64,000 nt of DNA from Octopus vulgaris (taxonomy: Eukaryota), in assembly GCA_951406725.2 (NCBI GenBank), contig OX597816.1:150474001-150538000 (forward strand), in the 5' to 3' direction. A program made the translations under genes and the position numbers. Every line of letters starts with the position of its first letter. Position 1 is the stretch's first letter. Under the pieces are notes generated by a model that worked only from the letters and a program-made list of their open reading frames with translations, had not been told where the DNA came from and searched no databases. Below, in pieces: positions 12,890 through 25,564 of the stretch.

Positions 12890-13715
12890 AGAAACTATCA
12901 TTCATGAAACCATTTTGCATAGAAAAAGGTGTCTGCCAGACACTGGATTCCTCAGAAGTTGCTCACACTCAGAAGCAAAACGCGTTGAATTGCTCAAGGA
13001 TGAATTTGGAGATGTGCCAAGAAGATGAGTCAAAATTTTTCAAAAGACTGATTACACAGGATGAAACCTGGGTCCATCACTATGATCCAGAGACCAAAGC
13101 CCAGTCAATGCAGTGGAAGCACCGTGACTCACCTCCTCCAAAGAAGGCAAGGGTGCTGCCCTCCGCTGGCAAGGTTATGCTCACAGTCTTCTGGGACCAG
13201 GACGGAGTAGTGATGACAGATTTCCTGGGAAAGGGTGCCACAATTACAGGAGTCTTTTATGCTTCACTTTTGAGGAAATTAAGAGAAGCTATCAAAATCA
13301 AGAGGCGGGGCAAGATCAGCAAAGGCATCCTCCTCCTGCAGGACAACGCTCCGATTCACAACTCGCGTGTCGCCAGATCAGAAGCACAGGCGTGCGGCTA
13401 TGAACACATTCCCCATCCCCTTACTCCCCTGACCTTGCACCCTCTGATTTTCACCTCTTCCCAGCCATGAAGTTGTTTTTGAAAGGAAAGCGTTTCCCAG
13501 ATGATGCAGCCTTGATTTCTGAAGTCACGTCGTGGTTGGAGGACTAAGCTGGGGTCTTCTACAAAAAGGGTCTTCAGAGCTCCATCAAACGATGGAAGAA
13601 ATGCGTAACTCTGGATGGTTCCTATGTACAAAAAGACTAATAACTGTCCCAAGTTTCGTTGCTCTACTGCTATGGGAAGTGGGTCAGGGGCATTACTTAT
13701 TGAACGCCCCTCGTA
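12890..13715 (+). mobile_element. Mariner (DD34D) transposon, 5'-truncated, transposase pseudogene
   Basis: ITQDETWVHHYDPETK, SAGKVMLTVFWD, LLQDNA, frameshifted YSPDLAPSDFHLF; in-frame stop ~13545; right TIR ...ttattgaacgcccctcg + TA at 13714-13715. Confidence 0.95.
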
Positions 13716-13806
13716 GATGATATTTGCCCAAGGCATCATGCAGTGGAACTGAACCCAAAACCATGTGGTCTGGAAGCAAAATTCTTAGTCACACAGACAT
13801 GCCTGT
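13716..13806 (-). mobile_element. CORE-type SINE head fragment abutting the mariner TA
   Basis: tttgcccaagg...gtggaactgaacccaaaaccatgtgg...cacacag matches the reverse complement of the SINE head. Confidence 0.7.
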
Positions 13807-14979
13807 GTCTCTGTAAGTAAATATTTAATGTTACCTCACTTCAAAATAAATGTTAATTATATACACACACCCACACACCCACCACCACATTAGAATGTGT
13901 GCTTGGGTCACACATTAGTTTTGTTTACTGTGATGGACTGACAGTGCATGTCTGTACTGAGAGCTAGGAAATTTGGCTGTTAAGAGTTAAGTGCTTTGGA
14001 TTCAGATATGATACATTAACAATGCCAACATATGAACCACTGACTTTTTTGGCTAGAACTCTGCTATCATATCAATTCAGCCATTCACACTCTCCATTGT
14101 AATCAAATCTATATTTATATTTTTCTATATAAATATACTTATCTACATACCAACCACCAATCTTGTATTAAGATGAATTAGCCAAGAAAATACTGATCTA
14201 CTTTTTATCTTATTTACCTATAAATTAGAAGATAGAAGATGGAGATGGTTGGTGTGAAAGAAAAAAAGAAAAAGAAAAGAAAGGATATATGATAAAGATA
14301 ATGATTTTAGCATTGTAATTATTATTATATAAGTTCACTCCTCAGAGAGCTTTTATTTTGAATGACCTTTCTGCTGGGAGCTTCTAGTATAGACATTTTA
14401 TATTGATAATGGTATTTGCTTTCAACTGAACTGAAGAATTAATGTGGCACATTCAAAGGGTTCTTAATCCTTATTATTTATAAACAATCATTACACTTAT
14501 TTGTTTTCAAAGAGTCCCGGTAGTAATACTTCATTGAATTATTTGGCAAACACTGTAGAGCTAGATGTTAAATTGCTGAAGGTGAAGCTTGTAAACTGGT
14601 TTCATTTTCTAATTAGATTCAATTCAGTTTACTTCTGTTGATAATGACCTACAGAATGACAAATATATTAAACAATCTCAATTCCCTGCTGAGTTAAAAT
14701 TTTTGACTTTTCCCCTCTTTATAAGGTTCCAGTGAGTTTTAATTTCTTGATTTGACTCATGAGTTTGAGTTTAGCCATGTCAATTCACTTTTGTTTTTAG
14801 AAAATTATCAATATTATACAATCATAGATTCAGGCATGGTCATGTAGTTAAGAAGTTTATTTACCATGTGGATTTTTCAAGCTTGATCTCATTGCACTGC
14901 ACCTTAAACAAAACTTTAAACAAATGTCTTTACTTGCCTTAGATTGATGAATGGCTTGTGAGTAGAATTTGGGGAGATA

Positions 14980-15457
14980 GTTAGTTAGTTAGTTAGTTAG
15001 TTAATTTGGCTCAAAAGCAAATAGCAAGGCCATGTAGGGGTACATGGAGTTAAGTACAGGGTGGTGTTCATGTAAAGAGTTCAGGCCACTTGAGGTCAAG
15101 GGAGGCTTTGAACAAAGCGGTCGTCGGCATCTTCACCATCTCGTCTGGCAGCTTCTTCCACGGATCCGCAACCCGGACGGAGAAAGCTCCTCTCCTTCGA
15201 TTGAGATGAAATCGTCGCAGGTAGAGCTTTTCGGAATGACAACACAGCCGACACTCTGGAGCAGGAGTGAAGAACAGCTCTTTCGAGAGGTTACACTTTC
15301 CGCTTATGATGTTGTGGGCGAGAATGAGATCACCACGGCGGCGGCGTTTTTCAAGAGAATAAAGGTCGAGCGTCCTCAGCCTTTCTTCGTAGGACAAATT
15401 TTTGAGACCATGAACCATGCGGGTAGCCAGCTTCTGGACTCTTTCGAGACGCTGTAT
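14980..15457 (-). mobile_element. CR1-clade LINE 3' end with (AACT)n tail, apparently young
   Basis: Unbroken IQRLERVQKLATRMVHGLKNLSYEERLRTLDLYSLEKRRRRGDLI...FSVRVADPW; CpGs retained; (ttag)n at 14981-15003. Confidence 0.93.
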
Positions 15458-15549
15458 GTGTGTGTGTGTGTGCCTGTGTATTTGGTGTAAAATGGTACAT
15501 TTCTTTATGCCAGAAGGTAACTTAATCATTTAATAAATAGAGACTGATA

Positions 15550-15597
<48 letters not shown>

Positions 15598-15600
<3 letters not shown>

Positions 15601-18104
15601 GCATAGCTCAGCTTAAGTTGTCCTTGATTATACGTCGGTTTTCAAAGATGATATATGGAAAAATAAAAATAAGTTAAGTCATTTTACTTGACTTTATGTC
15701 TGTCCGCCACAAATATTGGAATCGTAAAATCACTAGAAAACCATTAAAAGCATATAAAATCATGTTACTGTATAGTAAATAAGAATAAAAACATATAAAA
15801 TCATATTACAATATGTACAATAAACGTTAAGATACACACCATAAAGTAGTGTAGTTTAGTGAACGAATCAGTAAAATCAGCTGTGTTGTCTTTTGGAGCT
15901 TGTATTGCACTGTTGTTCCAATATTTACCGTTAGGCATTGTTGTCACTTGTGATTCCTGCGATTGTTTTGAATTCAGATTTGTTTACGTCTGTTTATTGG
16001 CTACTTTCTCATTCTCATTCATTTGTGACTTTATATTTTGCCCCCATGGCTCCTAAGAAAATTTATAGTGAAAGTGCTAAGCGTCATGCTATAATGCTGG
16101 AAGATAAACTGACCATGATAAAATGCCATGAATAAGGTGAAAAAGTGGTAGCAATTGCATGATCTTTTGGAATGAGTTGGACAACAACTGTATCTACGAT
16201 TGTACATAATAAAGACAAGATTTTAGCACATATCAAATCTGAAGCCCCAAGGATGAAGAACACTGTCATCAATAAGAAAAGAGGCAAAATCTTTAAAGAA
16301 ATAGAAAGTCTTCTTTGTTTTGGGGTTGTTAGGTTGAATCATCAGCGTGCTACTATTAGTCAAGAAATCATTCAAAAGAAAGTGTTGTCTTTGATTGAGG
16401 ACCTGAAGAAAAAATATCCCGTTGAGAGAGATGTAGAGTTCAAGGCAAGTCAAGCATGGTTCATGAGATTTAAGGAGTAAAGAAGTTGTCACTTCATTTA
16501 AAAGCAAGGTGAAAGTGCATCAGCTGACGAACAAGCAACATCAGAATTTCCTAATGCATTAAAGAAAATCATCGAAGAAAATGCTTTCTTCCTGAACAGA
16601 TTTTTAACAGAGATGAAACTGGATTGTATTGGAAAAATTGCCAGACCATTCCTTTATTTCTAAGGAGAAGAAAAGTATTCCAAACTACAAGGTCTCAAAA
16701 GAACGGGTGACCATTATGCTGGGAAGTAATTGTGTAGGAGATTTTAAGTTAAAGCCATTGCTTGTGTATCATGCACACAACCCTCATACCCTGAAGAACA
16801 TACCCAAGGCATCTCTCTCTGTTATATGGATGGCTAATTCAAAAGCATGTGTTACTGTTGTTGTTTTTGAAGATTGGTTCTTCAATCATTTTATCTCAGC
16901 AGTAGAGAAGTACCATAAGGTGAAGGGGATTCTTTATCTTAGATAATGCTCCTGGCCACCCACAAAACATCATAAATTTTAACCCCAATGTTACCATCGT
17001 ATACCTCTCTCTGAACATCATGTCTCTTCTGTAGCCAATGGATCAGGGAATAATTACTTCTAGCATTACTAAATGAAGTGTACGCTGTGGCAAGCAATAA
17101 CTGCAACTGATCTTGATGAGTCTACCACACTTCATGACTTTTAGAAGAGATACAATATCTGCAAGGCTGTACAGAACATAGCAGCTGCATGGAATGATGT
17201 ACAGATCATGTCTATGAATGGTGTATGGAAGAAGCTATGCCCATAATTCATGAAGGATTTTAAGGGATTTGATAATGTTGCCATCAACAAAATGTTGGTG
17301 ACTATGAGCAAAGAACTGGAAATATATTTAGAGTAGGAGGATTTCACAGAGGATTTGACAGAGTTTCATGAGCAGCAAAATAAAGAAGATGAGGAAGTCG
17401 AACCTGAGCCATGTCACTTTATCATTAAGAAAATGCAGCAAGCATTTACATATATCAAAAAAGGTCTTTCTATGTTTGAGGATATGGATCCAATTGCTCA
17501 ACACTTTTCCAAGATTATGGGTGCTTGTCATGAAGCTTTTGCTCCTTATAATGTAATCCTTGAGGAAAAGAAGACAGTTCAAGGAACTCTCAACTGGTTT
17601 TTTAAGCCAGAGTCAGCTGTTGATGTTGACAATCTACAGCCATCTACATATGTGATGTAAACCACCAAATTGTATGTATGTAATCGCAAATTTAAAATAA
17701 TTCAGTTTTTTTACTATTGCAAAATAATAATAATTACTGAATTTGTTTCTTGTGCTTAAAAAAGGCTTTTATTTTACCATATCTTATTGCAAACCACATT
17801 CATGAATAAAGTGTCCGCAATGTACAATAAACACCGCCAAATTGTATTCATAAACTTAGATTACTATTTTTTTACTGTACTGTATTAAAAAAATAAAAAT
17901 TATTTGTTTGCAAGCTTAAAATAGGTTTTTATTAACCATGTCTTATCGAAAATGCATTCATAAATAAAGTACAGAACTGGGAATGGTTATTATCAGTTTA
18001 GCCTAGAGACAAGTAATTCGGCCTAGCCTAGCCTAGAAACAAGTTAATTCAACTTAAGTCATGTCTCCTAGAACCAATTAGTGATGTAGGGTGAGGTATG
18101 CCTG
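15598..18104 (+). mobile_element. Full-length Tigger/pogo DNA transposon (decayed)
   Basis: Right TIR gaggtatgcctg|TA (reverse complement CAGGCATACCTC), diverged left TIR TA|catgcatagctca; both ends in (TA)n. Confidence 0.9.
16046..17660 (+). pseudogene. Tigger/pogo transposase (CENP-B HTH + DDE) with stops and frameshifts
   Basis: MAPKK...; FKASQAWFMRFK; IFNRDETGLYW; SKERVTIMLGSNCVGDFKLKPL; LDNAPGHP; PMDQGII. Confidence 0.92.
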
Positions 18105-18159
18105 TATATATATATATATATATAATATATGTATGTCTGTCTGTATGTATGTATATATG

Positions 18160-18198
<39 letters not shown>

Positions 18199-18789
18199 AG
18201 TTGATTTGCCAAAACTCTTGACGGCAGTGCATCATGAAACCAGAAAAATAGTAAATCTACTTTCTTGTCCCATATAAATTTGCTTTTGAATGAAACTAGT
18301 ATTGTGCTCAAGTAAACTAATAATACACATCATATACTATTATATACTTTTTCTCTATATTATATATTTTTATATATTTTTGTTCTACGTTTCATTAAGA
18401 AGATGATTATATATAAAATCTGAGAATTTGGGTTTAAAGCTCCTGTATTTCTTTATTTAATTTTTATACAGGACAATGAGATGGTGAAAATAAACATTGG
18501 TTAAGAATCATATATCAAGTGTAGTAGTTTTACTAGTGGGTATGGGTTCAAACCCCTGCAAGCAATTTGTACTCTTGTCCAAGTAGAATATCCTTGAGAT
18601 GGATAATAGAATGAGAACTATCTACAACCATTAATTTAAGAAAGGTAGATGAGGCAATTAGTATTAGTGTATAATAATATGCATATGCACACTGACATGA
18701 CTAAAAATGCAAAGCAGTGCCCCAGCAAGGCTGCAGTCTAATGACTGAAACAAGTAAAAGAAAAGATATATGTACATGTATAATAGAAT

Positions 18790-19165
18790 AAAAGGATAGA
18801 GAGGCAAATCACAGATATCAAATCAGATAATGAAATATTTATGTAACATAGAGAAAAACAAAATTTCATAAAGGAGTATAAATAGCAGGAAGTCAGTAAA
18901 AGTTCCACTATGGGAAGTTCGTAATAGCTGTAATGTAAACAGGACTCTGAGAGGGGATAGAAGGTAAGTCTGGAGTAGAGATATAACATAGTATGGTAGG
19001 TAGATAAAGATATCACAGGTAAAAACCTTGAAAGTGAAAGAAAAGAGGTGTTTAGAGTCTCTCTTACAGCTGTTTCAAGAATAGCTGCATAATTGGTGCA
19101 GTTCTCTGCATGTTGCCTGCATCCAAAATTTCTTGGGCAGCCTATTCAATCCATGGAGAAGAAAC
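18790..19165 (-). mobile_element. Probable Penelope pLTR/3' UTR remnant
   Basis: Minus strand GAAACAGCTGTAAG half-hammerhead followed by C/T-rich tail similar in layout to 6050-6330. Confidence 0.35.
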
Positions 19166-20779
19166 AACACATACATACACAATTCATCCACTGTCTCTCT
19201 CTATATATAGTATGTGTGTGTGTGTATGTGTGTGTGTGCATGTATTTGCAGATATGCATATGTATGCAACAAGTTGTACACACACATACACACCGACCTA
19301 TGCACATATAAGCACACATTCTTTCATTTAAATTACTTTATTTAAAAGATTTGTATTCTGTATTCAGTGTATTGCAGTTTACTACTGTATATTCATTCCT
19401 TGTGAATATTTCAAGTGTTACTTCATCATAAATTATAATAATCCACTTTTACAACACTTCACAGTAGATCTCTATGACTCATTGTTATTATTTATATCTA
19501 TGAAGAGAAAACAAAATCTTCGCTAATTTTTATTTTATTTTTTTTCCTGATAAAGAATACAATTGACTTTTTCTTTTCTTTTTTTAATTTTCACTTTACT
19601 TGTTGTGTCTTAATAAAAATAACTTTCTCTGATGCTGGTCTTTCAACTTTGTGGTTGTTGTTATTATTAATATTGTTGCTACTGTTATTGTTGTATCCAT
19701 TTAATGGCTTGATTAATATAGCATATTTTCTAAATTGAGTCATCTCTGATGTTCTTTGACTGCCCTTAAAAGAACATGAGAATGTTAAAACTGTCTTGTG
19801 TTTACAGATTTCTCAATGTTATCTTTCAACTTCATTATTCATAGCTTTTAATTTATCCTATGTAATTTTTACGCAATTTTTTTCTTTGTTTCTTGTGTGT
19901 GTAGAATTTTCATTGAAAGAAGATTAACAAACAATTTTTGATTTCTTTTCAAAATGATATTTATATTTTATAAATATTTGCTTTTTGTTCTTTGTTATTC
20001 CTTCATTGAAATCAAGCTGGGATGAAGAGGTAACATTTTTTTAATGATACTACTTCACAACAAATATTTCTACCTGTAATCTTGATAATTCTTTAATTTG
20101 ATTGTTTCTTGGTAATTTTACATTCTTAGTTTATTTTTAATATTTTACTTTTCCAATTTTTTCCCTTTGTATTTTCAACCACTGTCTGATGCTTCTTCTA
20201 TTCATTTACATCAAGCCCCCTTTGGCACAGTAATGATAGAATTAAACACTGGAACAGTGAGAGTGCTTTTATAATGAGCCTTGGTAACTGTATACTAATG
20301 AAAAACTTGTTCATTATACAGTGCTAAAAGGCAACAAAGATGGTAGAAAAAAGCAGCAGAACCTCAAATTAAATACATTACAATAATTAATTTTATACAA
20401 GCAGGTTACAAATATTGTGTTGTTTTTTTGATTTTGGTTACAGCATTTTTTTTTTGTTTCTCTAGTTTGTCACTTCAAAATTGCCTTTAAGTATTGTGTA
20501 AAAATGAGTACCATGAATAAACAGAAGTACAATTCAATTGACAACTCTATCTTGATCTTTCAGCTGTACCTTTTTTCTAACAGATCTATACTAGAAATTT
20601 TTGAAAGTTGTTACAAGATTTTTTAACCAGATAAGAATAAATAATAATGGTAATAATTATAATTATAATAATATTCCACAATACTTAATATCTAAATATC
20701 AAGTCTTATAAATCATGGAAAGAGATCCTGTGAGACCTTTGACAAGTTGTTGTCTGCTCTCACAGAATTAACCAAATTC

Positions 20780-21010
20780 TGGTTTTAAATTTTGGCACAA
20801 AGCCAACAATTTTATGAGGAGGGGTAAATTGATTACATCGACCCCAGTGCATTACTGGTACTTATTTTACCGACATCTAAAGGATGAAAGGCAAAGTTGA
20901 CCTCAGCGTAATTTGAACTCAGAATGTAAAGATGGGTGAAATGCCACTTAGCATTTTGCCTTGCATGCTAACAGGTCTCCCAGCTGACTGCCTTAATAAT
21001 AATAATAATG
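20780..21010 (-). mobile_element. tRNA-derived SINE with Meta-like domain and (TTA)n tail
   Basis: Minus strand gttctgagttcaaat...gaggtcaactttgcctttcatcct...aagtaccag...ctggggtcgatgtaatc; more than 12 copies in window. Confidence 0.85.
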
Positions 21011-21014
21011 ATGG

Positions 21015-21310
21015 ACTCTCCTGTCAAAAATGACATATGAGTGTTCAGCTTTTGCCAAACAACCTGCACAAATGATTTGTTGATAGTGATCAAATGCTCG
21101 TGCTACACATTAGCTCACTCTCTCCATCAAATCGATGTTGTCTGAACTGGTGCACTGTGTACCACATGTCAGGTGTCAAAGTAATCACAGAGCAATGTGA
21201 AATGAAGTGTTTTGCTCAAGAACACAACACACCACCAGGTCTAGAAATTGAAATCATGATTGCTAGATCATGAGTACAGCACCCTAACCACTAGGCCATG
21301 TGCCCTCACA
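21015..21310 (-). mobile_element. tRNA-derived SINE (further family)
   Basis: Minus strand gcacatggcctagtggttagggtg...gtgttcttgagcaaaacact; related head at 44990-45120 (+). Confidence 0.75.
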
Positions 21311-21329
21311 ATAATAATTATAATATATT

Positions 21330-22600
21330 ATGATATTAGAAATATATCAACAAAACCATCACTTACTTTACCATATGCTTAACACCCAGACACAACTAAC
21401 AGTGACTGTACATCCCCAGAACAGAGGGTTGTAGAGTTTTAATAAGTGGCAGAGAGCAATATTTGAAGGCAAACATTAATGGCATGCATACCATTCTCCT
21501 AAGAAAGCCTGCTACATGCTTTTCTTGATTATAATAAGAAAAGAAGTAAGTAACAAATCACTTACCCTTGCAACAACAAAATTCTCACAAGTGAGTTAGA
21601 CATTAAATAGCTAAGGTTTAGAAATGCAAAAAGATTTATTGATTGTGCATAAGTCAAACATGGGGAAAAACTATCAAGGTTTGTCCTTGCATGGCCAATA
21701 TTTTAGTGAACTGGATTCCCTTGTATATAAGTGAAAAGAAAGAAAACAATCATTTCCGGCCTGGATGCACTAATTAGGCTTGAACTTGGCAGTGGAAGCA
21801 ACAATAGGATTTGAGAAACAGACAATCACTGCTGGATATATTGAAAGGAATATTTACAACTCCTACAAGACAAGAAATGTTGTCTATGCAGTGCTTTTCC
21901 TGAGACAATACACAGTGCACAACACTGTATCAAAATGTCCCACTATCTCTGTAAAAAAAACATAACAGTGCTAGCCATCAAATTTCAGTTGCTGCAAGAA
22001 CTCTCTAGTACCCATATGAACTGTCACCTATCTTAGGAAATGAGAATGTGAAAATACTATGGAACTTTAGCATACATACAGACCACCTGATAGCATATTT
22101 ATGTCTGACATCAGTTTCTGTAATAAAATGACAATAGTATACTAATTATTGAAAAAGCTATATCAAATCACTATAATATTATGTAGAACAAAGTTGCAAA
22201 GCTAAGAAATTACACTGACTTAGCTGTTCAACTAAAAACAATATGGAATTCAGGAATCTGTCTATCATTCCATTTGTAATTGGCACAACTGGAATGATAC
22301 ACAACCATTTCTGTAAGAACATTGACAAACTACCAATAAGGATAAACATAGATACACTGCAAAAAATAGCTTTGCTAAAATCTTGTTAGGGTATTGTTAC
22401 TCAGCATTTATTAACTTTGAACATTCTTGTTAACCTTCAATATCTTTGTACATATTTTCTGATGTCAGTATGGAAGCCAGCTGTTAAATAAAGATTTTTG
22501 CTAACCTTGAACACTTCTATGCAGATTCTCTAAAATGCATCTAGTTCTAATTCCAAGAAAAATATGCTTCCCAAAATATAAATTAATATGAAGCTGATAA
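21330..22600 (+). mobile_element. R4/Dong-clade non-LTR retrotransposon 3' part with restriction-like endonuclease (decayed)
   Basis: LHGQY, C.LC...ETI..H...CP zinc knuckle, IHTDH, KLRNYTDLAVQLKTIW, IIPFVIGTTGMI, LQKIALL; flanked by TAA repeats. Confidence 0.8.
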
Positions 22601-23080
22601 TAATAATAATTTCAAATTTTGACTGAATGAATGCCAGTAATTTCAGAGAGGGATGGTTACTTGATTGGTACCTATTCTATTGACCCTTGAAAGATGAAAA
22701 GCAAAGTCAACTTTGATGGAATTTGAACTCAGAGCATAAATAACTGGAAGAAGCACTGCTAAGCATTTTGTCCAGGTGCTAACATTTCTGCCAACTCACC
22801 ATCTTAATGATAATAATAATAATGATGATGATGATGATAATAAGGATAATGATTTTTTAAACTATAGGTACAAGGTCTGAAATTTGTGGGAGGGAGCTAG
22901 TCAATTACATCAAACCCAATGCTCAACTTGTACTTATCTCATCAACCCTGAAAGAAGGAAAAGCAAAGTCAACTTCAATGGAACTTGAACTCAAAATGTA
23001 ATGCCATAAGAAATGCCACTAAGCATTTTGTCCAGTATGCTAACAATTCTGCTAGCTCACCGTCACCATAATAATAATGA
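22600..23080 (-). mobile_element. Two tandem Meta-like SINEs
   Basis: Copies at ~22615-22805 and ~22860-23065 separated by TAA/TGA repeats. Confidence 0.85.
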
Positions 23081-23597
23081 TTTTAGCCCAGGACTAGCAT
23101 TTTAAAGGGGAAGCAGAATGGCCAATGCCTTCAACCTGAATTATAAGAATAACAATAAATTAATAATATATCAATTCAGACTCTCAAAAGTGTGTTATTT
23201 TCTTTTCCTTTATTTTTAATATAGTCAGGCAATTTTGTTTCTAAACATTTTTTTTTCTGTTTCTTATTGTAGGCACATGTTTGCACAGATTGTAATAAAC
23301 CTTGCATAACAAACTCTTAGATTCTTCAAAACTAGTGGTTTTATTCCCAAACTTCTTCTGCACTGTTGCTATAGTCACTGATTCTGTGTTTACACATCTC
23401 TAGTCACTGGCATCATCAGATGGATGAGGAAAGGTCTATGCATCATTTTTTATGTACTGTTACCATATGCTTTTTGTTTATAGAAAGTATTTTCTCTGCT
23501 TTATTTTGGCCATATGTTATTACTTGCTGATTTGCTGAAAGCAGCTTATTAATTGCTATGAAGCTTAGATAATGTGTATGTGAGTATGGGTATGTGC

Positions 23598-23648
<51 letters not shown>

Positions 23649-24211
23649 CACAATAATTATAATAAAGTAGTTATAGTATATCTATTTTGGCTTCAGATTC
23701 TACCTTTTATTTTTTCTGTGACAATTATTTAGCTTTAAATAGTAGTTTCACTCTAAATATAGTGTTAATCAACATAATGTTAGTTATATATTATATTGAT
23801 TTAAGAAACAAATATTGAGATTTTGCCTCAATAAATAATATGATCAGCTCCTGATAGATTGTTCATCTTTGTTCAACCCAAACTATATTGCCTTTCCATC
23901 TTGAGTATTACATAATCAGCATACAATGCTATATTCCTTTACTAGTTTTTGTTTGTTGAGAGCAGCTTGCATTTAAAATAAATTGAACAGGTTACAAATA
24001 ACACTTTCAGGAGCTTATTCCATTACTCTGGTGCTGCAGATGTAGTATCAACAGCAGCTACACATTGATAAAGTCAGCGGAGAGAAGAAAAAAAAGAACA
24101 ACTTGTCACTAAGCATTGTGAGGAATTGTATTTAGCATTAATGAAAATAATAGCCATGTCATTGCATAAGAATTATCTGAATCTAGCAAATTCCAGTATT
24201 ACTATTTGCCA

Positions 24212-24224
24212 ATGACCATGGCAG
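24212..24224 (+). other. Candidate start-codon exon end: ATG ACC ATG GCA G | GTGAGT
   Basis: Perfect donor CAG|GTGAGT; accATGg Kozak context; in-frame TAA upstream at 24167; lies in a repeat-poor island. Confidence 0.45.
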
Positions 24225-24769
24225 GTGAGTGGCAGGAGAAGGAGAATGTTGGAGACTTGGCAAGTAGAATTTGCAAACTCTGGTTTCGATTACTGAATAG
24301 GACAGTTTTTCTTATCCCCAGGGAAGTGATTAATACTACAAAATTCCTTATCTTTTTCTTCTGAAATAACTCTACATACTTAAAAAATAGTTGCTTACTA
24401 ATGTTTAGGGACATATACTTAGTATAGATATGTCAGTTGAAGTTTGTTTCAAATTTTGGCTGACACAGTTTCATTTACTTCAATAATAGAATATTATTTG
24501 TACCCAATATTGTATGTCTAAAATCGTTATAAAAGAATGCAGATAGCGAAACCAGTAGGGTACCAGGCAATCAGATGAGTTGTAAAGATAGTTGTCACAG
24601 TACTACATTGTCTGAGAATGAGACCCTTGTCTGGCCCAAACTACCCACCTATAAATAAGTACTGTAGAATGGTTTAATGCACTGCTATAAGATGGGCTGA
24701 GGAAATGGTGTTTTGTTGGCTTGCTGTGCTGAGCTTAATTCCTCCATCACCCCCAGTATAATGGTGTGT

Positions 24770-25120
24770 TATCTTTTACTTGTTCCAGTCATTGGGCTGA
24801 GCTATGCTGGGGACTTATTTAAAATCAATCCTAGTATATTTTATTCAAACTAGTCAACCCTAATGTTTATTGTTTAGTGTGATATTTATTGTATTACTCT
24901 CTTTTGCCAAACTGTTAAATTATGGGAGTGTAAACAAACTAACATTGTCAAGTGATGGGAAAGGAGACAAACACAGACACACACTTGCAGACACATGTAA
25001 ACAACAGGCTTCCACACAGTTTCTGTCTACTAAATTCACTCACAAGGCCTTGAATGGCCCAGAGCATTTGCCAATAATACTGTGCAGTGGATCTGGACCT
25101 AAAACCATGTGTTGGCATAA
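24770..25120 (-). mobile_element. CORE-type SINE (old copy)
   Basis: Diverged reverse complement of 26709-27120. Confidence 0.7.
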
Positions 25121-25338
25121 GCCTTTTGGATGTTGTGAAAAGGTCTCTGTTAACACTGAATAAAGCTGCATATGGCTTGCTTTTTATCATAAAATATTAA
25201 TTCAAGGTTCATCTCCTGTCACAATCACTGTATAGTCGATGAAAACACTAAGCTCACAACTATTGTGCAATTGCAATACCAAGGTGAGGAGACACAAACA
25301 TGCATACAAATTCATGCACGCACGCACACACACACACA

Positions 25339-25386
<48 letters not shown>

Positions 25387-25564
25387 CACACACACATGCA
25401 CAGTAGGCTTCTTTCAACTCCATCTGCTGGATCCTTTTACAAGGATTTGGTTGGGCCAGAGTTATAGTAAAATAGCAAATGACACTTGTTCAATATGCCA
25501 GACAGTGAGACTGAACCTGAAATCACATGGTTCAGCAATGAACTTATTAATAAAATGATAATAA

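Noticed and set aside
20221-20270. tttggcac (miR-96/182-like seed)
   Set aside because: No complementary arm forming a pre-miRNA hairpin; remainder does not match the mature sequences I recall
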